The notes: a model not told the origin generated them from the sequence alone. DNA of 57,575 nt from an uncultured virus (IMG/VR IMGVR_UViG_3300046665_000305) (IMGVR_UViG_3300046665_000305:62001-119575), one strand, 5' to 3'; shown: positions 23,511-32,486, counted from the first letter of the stretch. Numbers and translations are program-made.

Positions 23511-24022
23511 TTGTAGGCGCTGATCCCGGCGCAAAAGGTGCATTCGCTAAGCTTGATCCTATCGAACACACTCTTGAGATTTTTGACATGCCGACGTTTA
23601 CGATCAAGCCGGGAGCTAAGTCTAAAACGATTATGGATCACGTCGGTATTGGTAATATTCTAGCTGATGAACGCGTCATACATCTTTACATTGAAGAAGT
23701 AAATGCTCGTCCCGGTGAAGGTGTAGTCTCATCTTTTACCTTTGGTAGAGCATTTGGTACTATCCTAGGCGCATGCGGCGGATTACAAATTCCTGTCTCT
23801 CAGGTCCGCCCCGCCGTTTGGAAAGCCAATCTTAAAATACCGGCTGACAAAGACGCGGCACGCTATCGAGCCTCACAGTATTTTCCAAAATGCGCCACGG
23901 CTTGGAAGCGTAAAATGGATGATGGCAGAGCCGAAGCCTGTTTGATCGCTCTCTATGGCATGTGCGCCATGGGTTACAGGATCGAAAAGCCCTTCACTCT
24001 AGTAGGCGAGTTATCAGAATAA
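23498..24022 (+). CDS. ruvC: RuvC-like Holliday junction resolvase
   Basis: GADPGAKG, YIEEV, FTFG, WKANL and DGRAEA acidic catalytic motifs. Confidence 0.85.
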   Translation: MAGIIVGADPGAKGAFAKLDPIEHTLEIFDMPTFTIKPGAKSKTIMDHVGIGNILADERVIHLYIEEVNARPGEGVVSSFTFGRAFGTILGACGGLQIPVSQVRPAVWKANLKIPADKDAARYRASQYFPKCATAWKRKMDDGRAEACLIALYGMCAMGYRIEKPFTLVGELSE

Positions 24023-24291
24023 TGTATATTTACGATGTTACAGTATTTCCTAAAGAGCATCATGCTAAATTGAAAGAAATGGTAGCTGATGCCGCAGTAG
24101 CTTGGAATGAACACAACGAAGCTCATCAATTACTAGTTTCATACCATGTAAGACATCCAGAACTGATCAAGAATTTGGATGATCAAACATTTAAAGTAGT
24201 AGAACTATACCGCTGCCTCCTAGATTGCATGAATATCTACAGCAGCTACTTAGTAACAAACGATCTGGTTAAGTATATAACAAATGGCTAG
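24022..24291 (+). CDS. hypothetical phage protein
   Basis: ORF coupled between resolvase and terS. Confidence 0.6.
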   Translation: MYIYDVTVFPKEHHAKLKEMVADAAVAWNEHNEAHQLLVSYHVRHPELIKNLDDQTFKVVELYRCLLDCMNIYSSYLVTNDLVKYITNG

Positions 24292-24853
24292 ACTATCCTC
24301 AGAAAGACGAGAGAAGTTTGCTAACTACGTTGCAAACGGTTATACTCAAATAGCGGCATATAAAGAAGCAGGTTTTACTTGCAAGAACACTACAGCTGCC
24401 GCTAATGCATCAAAACTAGCCAGCACCCCCGAAGTCGCAGCAAGAATTGAAGAATTAAAACTTAAAGCAGCTGAAAAAGATATGCTTTCAGTCGCTCCAC
24501 CCCTACCGCTACGTAAAGTAGACCACGAAGAAATTGATCTAGATTGGATCAATCGAGAGTATGTTAAACTATTAAATAAAGCCATCTCATTAGATGACTT
24601 GAAGAATGGAGCAATAATTCTCAAGGACATGGCAGAACTCAATAGAGTCAGCCGCGAACCGCCGCAAAATAATAATAACAATAAGATGCTGCTTTCAAAT
24701 GATAAACTTAACATGGAACGACCGATTAATATACAGGTCATCAATAACGAATCTTCGCAAGATGGAGGAGGCTCTTCAAGACCATTTGCGATTGAAATCC
24801 CCGATCTCGACACACTTGTCATCAGCAATCGTGAGCCTGACGAAGACAGCTAA
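24284..24853 (+). CDS. terS: terminase small subunit
   Basis: REKFA..VANG.TQIAAYKEAGF...ASKL..PEVAARIEEL N-terminal HTH; lies upstream of terL. Confidence 0.85.
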   Translation: MARLSSERREKFANYVANGYTQIAAYKEAGFTCKNTTAAANASKLASTPEVAARIEELKLKAAEKDMLSVAPPLPLRKVDHEEIDLDWINREYVKLLNKAISLDDLKNGAIILKDMAELNRVSREPPQNNNNNKMLLSNDKLNMERPINIQVINNESSQDGGGSSRPFAIEIPDLDTLVISNREPDEDS

Positions 24854-26465
24854 TCCTGAAAATCAATTTGCAGCTGTTCAACAATATTTAGAACACTACG
24901 AGAACGAATACAAGGAAAAGCTTAGAAGTTCAGCATTTGATAGTTATTCATGCTTCGCTGAATATCTCAACATGGATGAGCCACCCGCGCCTCACCACCA
25001 TTTCATGTGTGAGAAACTTCAGCTTGTAGAATGTGGCGACATTCCTCGCCTAGCGTTAAGCGTCCCGGCTGGCGGCGGTAAGAGCGAATACTCTTCCCGT
25101 CGCTTTGCTGTATGGTGCATGGGTCGAAGAAAGACTAAATGGCTTCAGGCCAGCTATGCCGCCGCGTTCGCTACAAACGAACTTGGCAAGAAAACCAAAG
25201 CCTATGTCAATGGTGACGCATTCAAAGACGTGTTCGGAGATGTAGCACTTCAAGCCGACATGCGAGCCGGTGACAGATGGGCGCTGACGAACAAATCTGA
25301 ATATGTCGCTAAAGGCGTTGGCGCTGGTATCATGGGTATCAGAGCGAACATTGGCTGCATCGATGACTTGTATGCAAGCTACTTAGAAGCTCAGAATCCT
25401 AAAGTCAGAGATGACGCCTATTCATGGTTCCTATCTGACTTTCAGACCCGACTCTTGCCCCGCGCTCCTATCGTTCTGGTCAACACTCGATATAATTCTG
25501 ATGACATGATCGGCAGACTTGAGACTGAAGGTAAAAAAGGAAATATTATCCCTTATGAAATCATCAACCTCAAAGCTCTATCTGAGTTAGGTGATGAAGA
25601 CGATCCTATGGGCCGCACAGAGCCCGACATGCCTCTTTGGGACTTTTACCATCAGGATTACCTAAATAAGAGAGCAACGCTCACAGGAGCCATGTGGGGC
25701 TCAATGATGCAGGGCGTACCCGTAGATGCTGAAGGCGTTCTCTTAAAGTCATCTTGGTTCAATCGCTATAAAGGCGATGTAAGGAAAAACCCTGAGATTA
25801 AAATCCGCAGAATTGTTATGTCTGTCGATACGGCGCAGAAAGCGCAAGAGCGTCACGACTACACAGTTTGTACAGTTTGGTTAGAGACTGAATTTGGCTT
25901 GCATTATCTCTTAGATTGCGTTAGAGATAAAGTTGAATTTCCAGAAATGTGCAAACTCATTGATGAGACGGCGCAGCGCTGGAACGTGTCATGCATTCTG
26001 ATCGAAGATAAAGGCTCTGGCACTCAGTATATCCAAACACGCCAAGGCAAAACATCAGTTCCGATCATTGCTATCAGCACAAATAATAATTCTAAAGAAT
26101 TTAGATTTGATGCCGTAGCCCCTACCATCGAAGCCGGTTTGGTTTACCTACCGGAATCCGCCAATTGGCTAGCCGAATACGAGCGCGAGCTAATGGCATT
26201 CCCGTATGGCAAGAATGACGATATGGTCGATAGCACCAGCCAATATTTAGAATGGGCCAGAGGAAGACAGAGAAAATTAGGAACTAAAAAACTTCACGGT
26301 TCCGGCTCTACACCCTCTAGCGATGCTAAAAGAACTATGGTAGAGAAAGCAATCCAAGAAGAAATGGAACGCAAACGTATAGAAAGGGAAAAACGTGAGC
26401 AAGCCGCAGCAGCAGCAGAAAGCCCCGCCTCGACGCAACCCGATGGCGAGAGAATTGGAACTTAA
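24762..26465 (+). CDS. terL: terminase large subunit
   Basis: Walker A PAGGGKS, Walker B CIDD, TRY motif, nuclease SVDTA...DYT...IEDK...DDMVDS; start could be 24699. Confidence 0.95.
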   Translation: MEEALQDHLRLKSPISTHLSSAIVSLTKTANPENQFAAVQQYLEHYENEYKEKLRSSAFDSYSCFAEYLNMDEPPAPHHHFMCEKLQLVECGDIPRLALSVPAGGGKSEYSSRRFAVWCMGRRKTKWLQASYAAAFATNELGKKTKAYVNGDAFKDVFGDVALQADMRAGDRWALTNKSEYVAKGVGAGIMGIRANIGCIDDLYASYLEAQNPKVRDDAYSWFLSDFQTRLLPRAPIVLVNTRYNSDDMIGRLETEGKKGNIIPYEIINLKALSELGDEDDPMGRTEPDMPLWDFYHQDYLNKRATLTGAMWGSMMQGVPVDAEGVLLKSSWFNRYKGDVRKNPEIKIRRIVMSVDTAQKAQERHDYTVCTVWLETEFGLHYLLDCVRDKVEFPEMCKLIDETAQRWNVSCILIEDKGSGTQYIQTRQGKTSVPIIAISTNNNSKEFRFDAVAPTIEAGLVYLPESANWLAEYERELMAFPYGKNDDMVDSTSQYLEWARGRQRKLGTKKLHGSGSTPSSDAKRTMVEKAIQEEMERKRIEREKREQAAAAAESPASTQPDGERIGT

Positions 26466-26550
26466 CCAATTCAGGCGCAAGATCATCAAATCTAAAAAGC
26501 TTTACAAAAGAAAAGACCTTCAGAAACCAAATCCTGAAGGTCTTTTTGAT

Positions 26551-26970
26551 TCAATCTCTGATAACTTCAACGCCTTGGCGCTCTAACTCTTGCAATTTCA
26601 GTTCTTTCAGGTATCTCAATTCTTCTGGTGTTCCGAAGAATAGTTGTACCTCCTGATCGTACTTCATTACTAACTGCGACAAGTCTTTCCAATCTTTGGC
26701 CTTCTCCGAACCTCGACCGAATAATGATTCCCAAACGTTGTCGTAAACCAGTGAGTTATCTTCTTGCATTATATTAATCCTTCCAGTGCTATCCGCCTCA
26801 AGCGGTAGTACCTCACTATGAGATACTAGATCGGAAGAATGTTTTTTCGCAATTGTCTGGCACTCGGCCCTCCTCATCCTGTCAATCTCATAAGCCACAC
26901 AAACAAGAAATCCGAGGGCTACAGCGCCCCCGGAAATCATGTAAACCGCTATCTCTGAATTGGTAATCAA
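26551..26970 (-). CDS. hypothetical membrane-anchored protein
   Basis: N-terminal hydrophobic helix. Confidence 0.55.
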   Translation of the reverse strand: MITNSEIAVYMISGGAVALGFLVCVAYEIDRMRRAECQTIAKKHSSDLVSHSEVLPLEADSTGRINIMQEDNSLVYDNVWESLFGRGSEKAKDWKDLSQLVMKYDQEVQLFFGTPEELRYLKELKLQELERQGVEVIRD

Positions 26971-27374
26971 AGCTCTGCGATCATCTTCTTAAGTTCAGCT
27001 GGCGTAAGCTCTTCCAGCGCAGAATCTTCCTTGCGAGCCAAGGCTTCCTGCAACTTAGCCTTCCTGACCTTCTTCTCATCCTCTTCCTTCTTCATCGCTG
27101 CTTCTTCCTGCTTCACAGCAATGATGTGCTTCACGATATCAAGCTGAATCTGAAACACCTTCTGAGCATCGGTAGGAGCCGGATTGACCAGCGATTCCTC
27201 ATTGACAGACTTCAGAGCCTTGACGAACTGGATACCAATGGTATTCAGGTTAGCCTTGGAACCAATCGAAGTAGGTGGTAGGTCCCAAAGCTGTTCCACC
27301 GTGAGCGAGCCAATTGAGGACTCGAAACGAAGTTTTTCACGTGTTGCGAATTCAAAAATGTTAATGTCAGTCAT
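26967..27374 (-). CDS. conserved phage hypothetical protein (LRF...EQLWDLP motif, coiled-coil tail)
   Basis: AAGGAG RBS; pattern recalled from other phages; follows the 663-aa gene. Confidence 0.8.
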   Translation of the reverse strand: MTDINIFEFATREKLRFESSIGSLTVEQLWDLPPTSIGSKANLNTIGIQFVKALKSVNEESLVNPAPTDAQKVFQIQLDIVKHIIAVKQEEAAMKKEEDEKKVRKAKLQEALARKEDSALEELTPAELKKMIAEL

Positions 27375-27418
27375 ATGTTTTCTCCTTTGTGATTTTCAAT
27401 CTGAGTTGAAAACGTGTG

Positions 27419-29410
27419 TTAAAAGTTGATGTTGTAAAGTTTCTGGCCCGTTGCGGTCTTGACCAAAACAGGTAGTTCGGTACGCTTCGTGGAACTGAAA
27501 CCAATTCCGCTCAGCTGATCATCGGTAGGCTCGCACTTAGTCTTTGATCCAAGCACTTCGAAAACCTTCCGATGCTGTTCAAGTCCCGACTTGAGGAATT
27601 CGTTATAAATACCACGAGTCGGTTCTGGATTCAAGCAGTCCTTCAGAATAAAGAACCAATGCTTGTTACCTGTTGCATTATCATCCCAATAGTTAGGGCT
27701 GAGAATGATTGTGTTAACAGGAACGAAAGTTTCAGTCTTGATGCCCCATTTATCCTGCGGCATCATACCACCACTAACACCTTCGCCGGTAACGATAGCA
27801 GCAACAATACCATTCTTGACCGTGATCTTCAGCGCGCCAATCGTTCCAGCAACAGCCTTCGGATAGCTGAAATTATGAACCGAACCATTGTTTTCCACTT
27901 CAAGTTCGAAACCATAATCAATGTTTTCACGTCTGGTATATTGATTGACCTTGACAATATAGACACCATCTACAAGATTAGATTTGGTATAGCTGATGTT
28001 CTCTACCGGCTCACGTGAGCGCGCTCCAAAAGCATTCATATCAACATCAAGCTTACCTCTAGGATTGCCGAAGTAGATATGAGTCTTATCTGGTTCAATA
28101 ACATGGATATCCAAGTCATCATAGTTATGCCAAGCCAAGCTGATACGCAGTGCAGCGTTAGTTACGTTACCGCCAGCCTTAGCCACCTTTGCCTTGATAT
28201 CAGAGTCAGCAACTTCTCCGTCATAGCTCCAACCGAAGTTGTTATTCCACTTGAAAAGTTGCTCAACATCATCGTGAACCGGAGCGGTAAGGCTCATGAA
28301 ATTACCGGCAAAAGCATTCTTAACCAGAACGTCAATCGACTTAGCGCGCGGCACCACGTCAGCCATAAATGCCTCGATACCGATGTTTTCCGCCTTATCA
28401 ACATTAGGCTTCTTTGTCACAGCAGCTTCCATGAGTAGTGACTCAATGCCACCCTTCATCTTACCTACAACTGAGTTATCTACCCAAAGTACATTGTTGA
28501 CAGTAACGTCACCGATCCGAGCAAAACGCCGCTCCAATGCCGTTTCAAGGTTCAACTTCTCGATTGTCTTCATCGCGTCTTTAATCATGTTAGGCGTGAT
28601 GAGAGTCTTTGAACGCTTGTAATTGTCGCCAGCCATCTTTGTCTCGAAAGAGCCAACTGCCTTTTCCAAATCCTTGCCTTCGGTCAAGTCCTGCACCAGC
28701 GTACCAATTACCGTGTTACGAAAACCAGTAACAAAGCTATCGATATTGGCCCAAATGAAGATGTTACGTGCTTCATCTGAATTGAGCTTGTTGTACTCAC
28801 GCTGAACCGTGGCGAATGCATCCACAGCCGCCTTGTGTTCCGTGCCTCGATACAGAAGATCGTCTTTGATCAAATCCTGCACCGTGACAACTGCACCGCT
28901 ATCAAGCTCTTCCAGCGCCCGACGGAAGACCTGAGCCGCCGTAGCCTTCTTACCCTTAAACTCAGCCACTTCGGCGCAAATGTGCTTTGTAGCAATCTTC
29001 GTGTTGAAGTGATTCCAATTGATATTGGATTCAAAATCACGCGTCATCTCGGCACCAAAAGAATTCTCCTTGGTACGGAAGACGTTAGAGATTCCAAGGC
29101 CCTTAACCTTGTCGGAAAGAGCTTCGCAAACCACATTGAACGGATGACCCACATCAGCAACATCCCAAACTGAGACAAGCTGATTGTCAACGATAGCAAC
29201 AACGTTAGCAATGTTGCGCATGAAATTCTTGCAGCACGAGCAATCATACTCGCGGCGCTGACGAAACACTTCGTTTGTGCCAGCCGGAAACGAATCGAGA
29301 TAGAAATCCCAAAGTTCGTCACCTGAAATATTCACGGTGTAAAGCTCTTGCTTCGAAAGCGTGTCGAAATTGGCACGAATAGCCTTTGCGAATGGTCTAA
29401 AATCTGTCAT
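27419..29410 (-). CDS. large conserved phage protein with YfaP/DUF2135-like domain
   Basis: YDCSCCK N-terminus; LRISLAW..DDLDIHV.EP...LDVDMN...EPVENI. Confidence 0.8.
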   Translation of the reverse strand: MTDFRPFAKAIRANFDTLSKQELYTVNISGDELWDFYLDSFPAGTNEVFRQRREYDCSCCKNFMRNIANVVAIVDNQLVSVWDVADVGHPFNVVCEALSDKVKGLGISNVFRTKENSFGAEMTRDFESNINWNHFNTKIATKHICAEVAEFKGKKATAAQVFRRALEELDSGAVVTVQDLIKDDLLYRGTEHKAAVDAFATVQREYNKLNSDEARNIFIWANIDSFVTGFRNTVIGTLVQDLTEGKDLEKAVGSFETKMAGDNYKRSKTLITPNMIKDAMKTIEKLNLETALERRFARIGDVTVNNVLWVDNSVVGKMKGGIESLLMEAAVTKKPNVDKAENIGIEAFMADVVPRAKSIDVLVKNAFAGNFMSLTAPVHDDVEQLFKWNNNFGWSYDGEVADSDIKAKVAKAGGNVTNAALRISLAWHNYDDLDIHVIEPDKTHIYFGNPRGKLDVDMNAFGARSREPVENISYTKSNLVDGVYIVKVNQYTRRENIDYGFELEVENNGSVHNFSYPKAVAGTIGALKITVKNGIVAAIVTGEGVSGGMMPQDKWGIKTETFVPVNTIILSPNYWDDNATGNKHWFFILKDCLNPEPTRGIYNEFLKSGLEQHRKVFEVLGSKTKCEPTDDQLSGIGFSSTKRTELPVLVKTATGQKLYNINF

Positions 29411-29648
29411 GTAATTTTCTCCTTTTTATTACAATATTGACCTAGATAAACGAATTAATAATCCGTGTCAAATCTTTTTAGCGCTGATTTCACAAATTCT
29501 CCGCATGATTCATTCCCTCTGGTGCAAGCATCACGACGTACCATTTTATAATTGCCATCGATCCAGAGTTTTAGGCCTGATTGCTGGCAATGTCCAAGGG
29601 CATACCCGACAACCGGGAACCAGAACCGACAATTAAAACAGCACTTAC

Positions 29649-29879
29649 TCATCGCCATCCGCACCCTTGCTTAACCCATTTAGGAACGCCATAACCTTCA
29701 CCGATGAAGTATAATTTAACATATCCAAGAGATTCAGGGAACCAAAAGTAGTCATCCCTACCGGCATGAGCTTTTATGTCGTACCAAAAATTATCACCGT
29801 CCTCGTTATAAAAAACGATTCTTAGCTGATTGTCATGGCCAAGATCATGAACGAATAAATCTACAGCTTTCTCATGCAT
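29649..29879 (-). CDS. hypothetical phage protein
   Basis: 76-aa ORF in minus-strand block. Confidence 0.55.
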   Translation of the reverse strand: MHEKAVDLFVHDLGHDNQLRIVFYNEDGDNFWYDIKAHAGRDDYFWFPESLGYVKLYFIGEGYGVPKWVKQGCGWR

Positions 29880-29967
29880 GAGACTTCCCTAATTATTAAC
29901 TTGACTTTTAATTTAAATATGATATACTAAAGCCATTAAAAATATAATAAAAACAAAGATACGTTAA

Positions 29968-30477
29968 ATGGATAAAGTATACACTGTTTATAAAATAACT
30001 AATAACATCAATAACAAATACTACATTGGAGTGCATCTAACTAATAATCCTTACGATGGATATTATGGCTCTGGCGTAGCCATTAAACAAGCAATAAAAG
30101 CACACGGTAAACATAATTTTAGAAAAGAAATACTATTCATAACTTCTTCTAAAGAAGAAGCTTATTTAAAAGAAATTGAATTAACTAATGATTACGATAA
30201 AAATTTCACCTACAATATGCGCTTAGGCGGTGTAGGTGGATTCACTTCAGAAGCAGCAAAAGCTGGCGCTGAGAAACGATTAGAGTTACACGGCCCGCTT
30301 AAAGGACGTAGCCCTGCATTGTTTTTGACCAAAGAAGAGCTTAGAGAAAATGGCAGGAAGGGTGGTTTAAAATTAAAAGGTAAACCAAAGTCGCCTGCTC
30401 ATGTTGAGGCTATGAAAGAATCTTATAAAAGGCGAAAACAAGTTTTGGTAGAGGATGCTGGAATCGAACCAACGTAG
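29968..30477 (+). CDS. GIY-YIG homing endonuclease (Seg-like)
   Basis: VYKITNNINNKYYIGVH, YYGSG, FRKEIL and YNMRLGG motifs; AT-rich; opposite orientation to neighbours. Confidence 0.9.
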   Translation: MDKVYTVYKITNNINNKYYIGVHLTNNPYDGYYGSGVAIKQAIKAHGKHNFRKEILFITSSKEEAYLKEIELTNDYDKNFTYNMRLGGVGGFTSEAAKAGAEKRLELHGPLKGRSPALFLTKEELRENGRKGGLKLKGKPKSPAHVEAMKESYKRRKQVLVEDAGIEPT

Positions 30478-30520
30478 AAACGGTTATGAGCCGCAGGCAC
30501 TACCATTGTGCTAATCCTCC
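30446..30520 (-). tRNA. tRNA with CAT anticodon (Met or Ile2)
   Basis: cloverleaf GGAGGAT...CT-CAT-AA...GGTTCGATTCC...ATCCTCT-A-CCA. Confidence 0.9.
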
Positions 30521-30530
30521 TTCTTAAAAA

Positions 30531-30620
30531 TGGCCTACACGGAGGGACTCGAACCCCCATTGATGTTATCGCCTCCAATTACGGTTACTAAGGGGTAGAA
30601 ACCCTGACCGGTACGTGTAG
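30531..30620 (-). ncRNA. atypical tRNA-like RNA (Arg-TCT-like loop, no D-arm, long extra region)
   Basis: acceptor stem CTACACG/CGTGTAG-G-CCA, T-arm GGGGG-TTCGAGT-CCCTC, hairpin AGGG-TTTCTAC-CCCT. Confidence 0.75.
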
Positions 30621-30625
30621 ATAGT

Positions 30626-31621
30626 TTAACTAATTAAAGCCGTGCCGAAATTAGCGCCACGCTTAACGAAAGTGAATGTACCTGTTACAGTACCATTAAT
30701 AACGTGAGGCATCATGTCGCACAAATCTTTCATAAAGACAACAAGTTTTTCACCTGTGGATCGCTTAAAATAGAAGTAAGCAGCACTGCGACCCCGCTCC
30801 ATAGAATCAAAAACTATCGTGTCTTCAAAGGCGTGATTATCACGCATCTCACATTCGACACGCCCATTGCCGCTCCAATAACTCTCAGGATAATGCAGCT
30901 GATTCCCGTTACGATCAAACGGAATTTTATAATTTCCAACTTTTTTAGCCATTGACAAACTCTTTCAGTTTATCAATGAAATCTTCAGGGAAGGTTTCTT
31001 CCACAATATTACCACCCATGGGAAGACAAAGATCACCATCCCATTCGGCTTTACGCCTAACCGTCACACGATAACCGCAGTCAACTTTAGTAATATTAAA
31101 GTAAGGCGGATAGCTTCCCGTATTGGGAGTATAACCAAACTGATCTTTCATATTAATCCGATCTAAATCTTTTTCCGTGATGAATACAATTCTTAGGAAC
31201 GAAGGTATCGCGATACACGCATAGATGCTCGCCTATCCCGTAACGAACCAGCGTTTCTTTCGCGGTCCAATCCTCTGGCACGTTCCTGAAAGAGCCAATA
31301 AATCTTGGCCCACTTTCGTAACGTTCATCATATATAAGAATGGTCTCGCCCATGATGCTAGTCTCCCTCCACGATCTTGAAATCCGGCTCTGGACCCCAC
31401 TTGAGGTATCCCGGCGTGTTCAAGGATTCGAATAGCATCTTTCCATCTCTTACGTCAACCAATTTCCAGCACGCGCCGTGCTCATTGATCCTGTTCTTGC
31501 CCTTGCGTGTAATCCCCTCAAGGATGAAGTTTTTAGACATGTGAGCCTCCATCCGTTTCTCGGCTTCTACACCGATTTGTAGTATTTTATCCCAATTTTC
31601 TTGAAGTAGTTTGATAATCAT
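30626..31621 (-). other. four small hypothetical genes inside the tRNA cluster (30626-30952, 30945-31151, 31153-31353, 31358-~31540)
   Basis: co-directional packed ORFs. Confidence 0.65.
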
Positions 31622-31635
31622 GACTACACCTATTA

Positions 31636-31862
31636 GAATTTCGTATTAGCAATCGGTCTCTCACCCATCCCTCATATCGTGGTAGCTAGCTCACGTATAT
31701 AAGTGCAACTCTCACGTTGCGCTAAACTTTGTACTCACCGCAAGCATCATCCGATTCAGAGTCGGAGCCTACATCGCAAGATACCGGTGAATTACTTGGC
31801 CAGCGCTAGCTAAGTAATCTCGCATATCTCAGCCCACGTCAATTCGTGGCATGAGTAATTCT
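31636..31862 (-). ncRNA. candidate structured ncRNA immediately downstream of tRNA-Lys
   Basis: no ORF; many hairpins and an AGAATT/AATTCT closing stem. Confidence 0.55.
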
Positions 31863-31939
31863 TGGTAGGCGCTGAGGGACTTGAACCCTCGACCCTCTGC
31901 TTAAAAGGCAGATGCTCTAACCAACTGAGCTAAGCGCCC
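31863..31939 (-). tRNA. tRNA-Lys(TTT)
   Basis: GGGCGCTTAGCTCAGTTGGTTAGAGC...CT-TTT-AA...GGTTCAAGTCC...CCA. Confidence 0.95.
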
Positions 31940-31949
31940 GAAGAAAAAA

Positions 31950-32074
31950 GGCTGGATCGAAGCAATGTTATCTCCCGTCGAAACGGCTTGTTACATTTAC
32001 TTTATCCATTCCGCTCGATCAAGGCTTTGCGCCTCTGTTCCAGCGGTTCAGTACCTGTCAATTCAGGTTGAGCC
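31950..32074 (-). ncRNA. candidate structured ncRNA
   Basis: GGCT/AGCC closing stem, three internal stem-loops including CCGT-TTCG-ACGG. Confidence 0.5.
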
Positions 32075-32080
32075 AAACTA

Positions 32081-32220
32081 TTTAGGAAGGGAACTGAGGG
32101 GAATCGAACCAAGTATCCTTATGTTTCTCTGCCAGTCGCAACCGCCTTCGAAACTACTTCTTTCCTCATTAGACCTTGAAGGAACAAGGTCATCAGCATA
32201 ACCAGCATTCCCCACCTAAA
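32081..32220 (-). ncRNA. candidate structured ncRNA with T-loop-like GGTTCGATTCC
   Basis: TTTAGG..GGGAA / TTCCC..CCTAAA terminal stem, GACCTTG/CAAGGTC hairpin. Confidence 0.55.
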
Positions 32221-32239
32221 CAGTTTCATTCAATTATAA

Positions 32240-32344
32240 AAACACAGCCCATAGTCTTCTCATAAGCAAGCCAACGGCCTGTTCTGTACCTCTTACTATT
32301 TGTAACCCTCGTGGCGCGAACGCTTCTGAGGGACGCTGTATTTT
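32240..32344 (-). ncRNA. candidate structured ncRNA downstream of tRNA-Leu
   Basis: ACAGC/GCTGT terminal stem, CCCTC..GCG-TTCG-CGC..GAGGG arm. Confidence 0.45.
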
Positions 32345-32355
32345 CATAACTCAAT

Positions 32356-32442
32356 TGGTACGGGCTACCGGACTCCAACCGGTACGACACAAAGGTCAAC
32401 AGATTTTAAGTCTGTCGTGGCTAGCAATTACACCAAGCCCGC
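32356..32442 (-). tRNA. tRNA-Leu(TAA)
   Basis: cloverleaf with ACAGA-CT-TAA-AA-TCTGT, long variable arm and CCA. Confidence 0.9.
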
Positions 32443-32457
32443 TCTTTTGATGATTCT

Positions 32458-32486
32458 AACTTAACACCAACTATCTGAAATGTCAA
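32458..32486 (-). promoter_or_regulatory. sigma70-type promoter of the tRNA/ncRNA operon
   Basis: TTGACA-N17-TAAGTT just upstream of tRNA-Leu. Confidence 0.7.

Noticed and set aside
27184..29322. Long alternative-frame ORFs within the 663-aa and 135-aa genes (similar ones occur across terS and the tail genes)
   Set aside because: Antisense or shadow frames of well-supported genes.
31950..32344. tmRNA, RNase P or hammerhead ribozyme identity for the structured elements
   Set aside because: No Ala-type acceptor with CCA or tag reading frame, no RNase P core consensus seen, and CTGATGA is not followed by a stem II-GAAA core.
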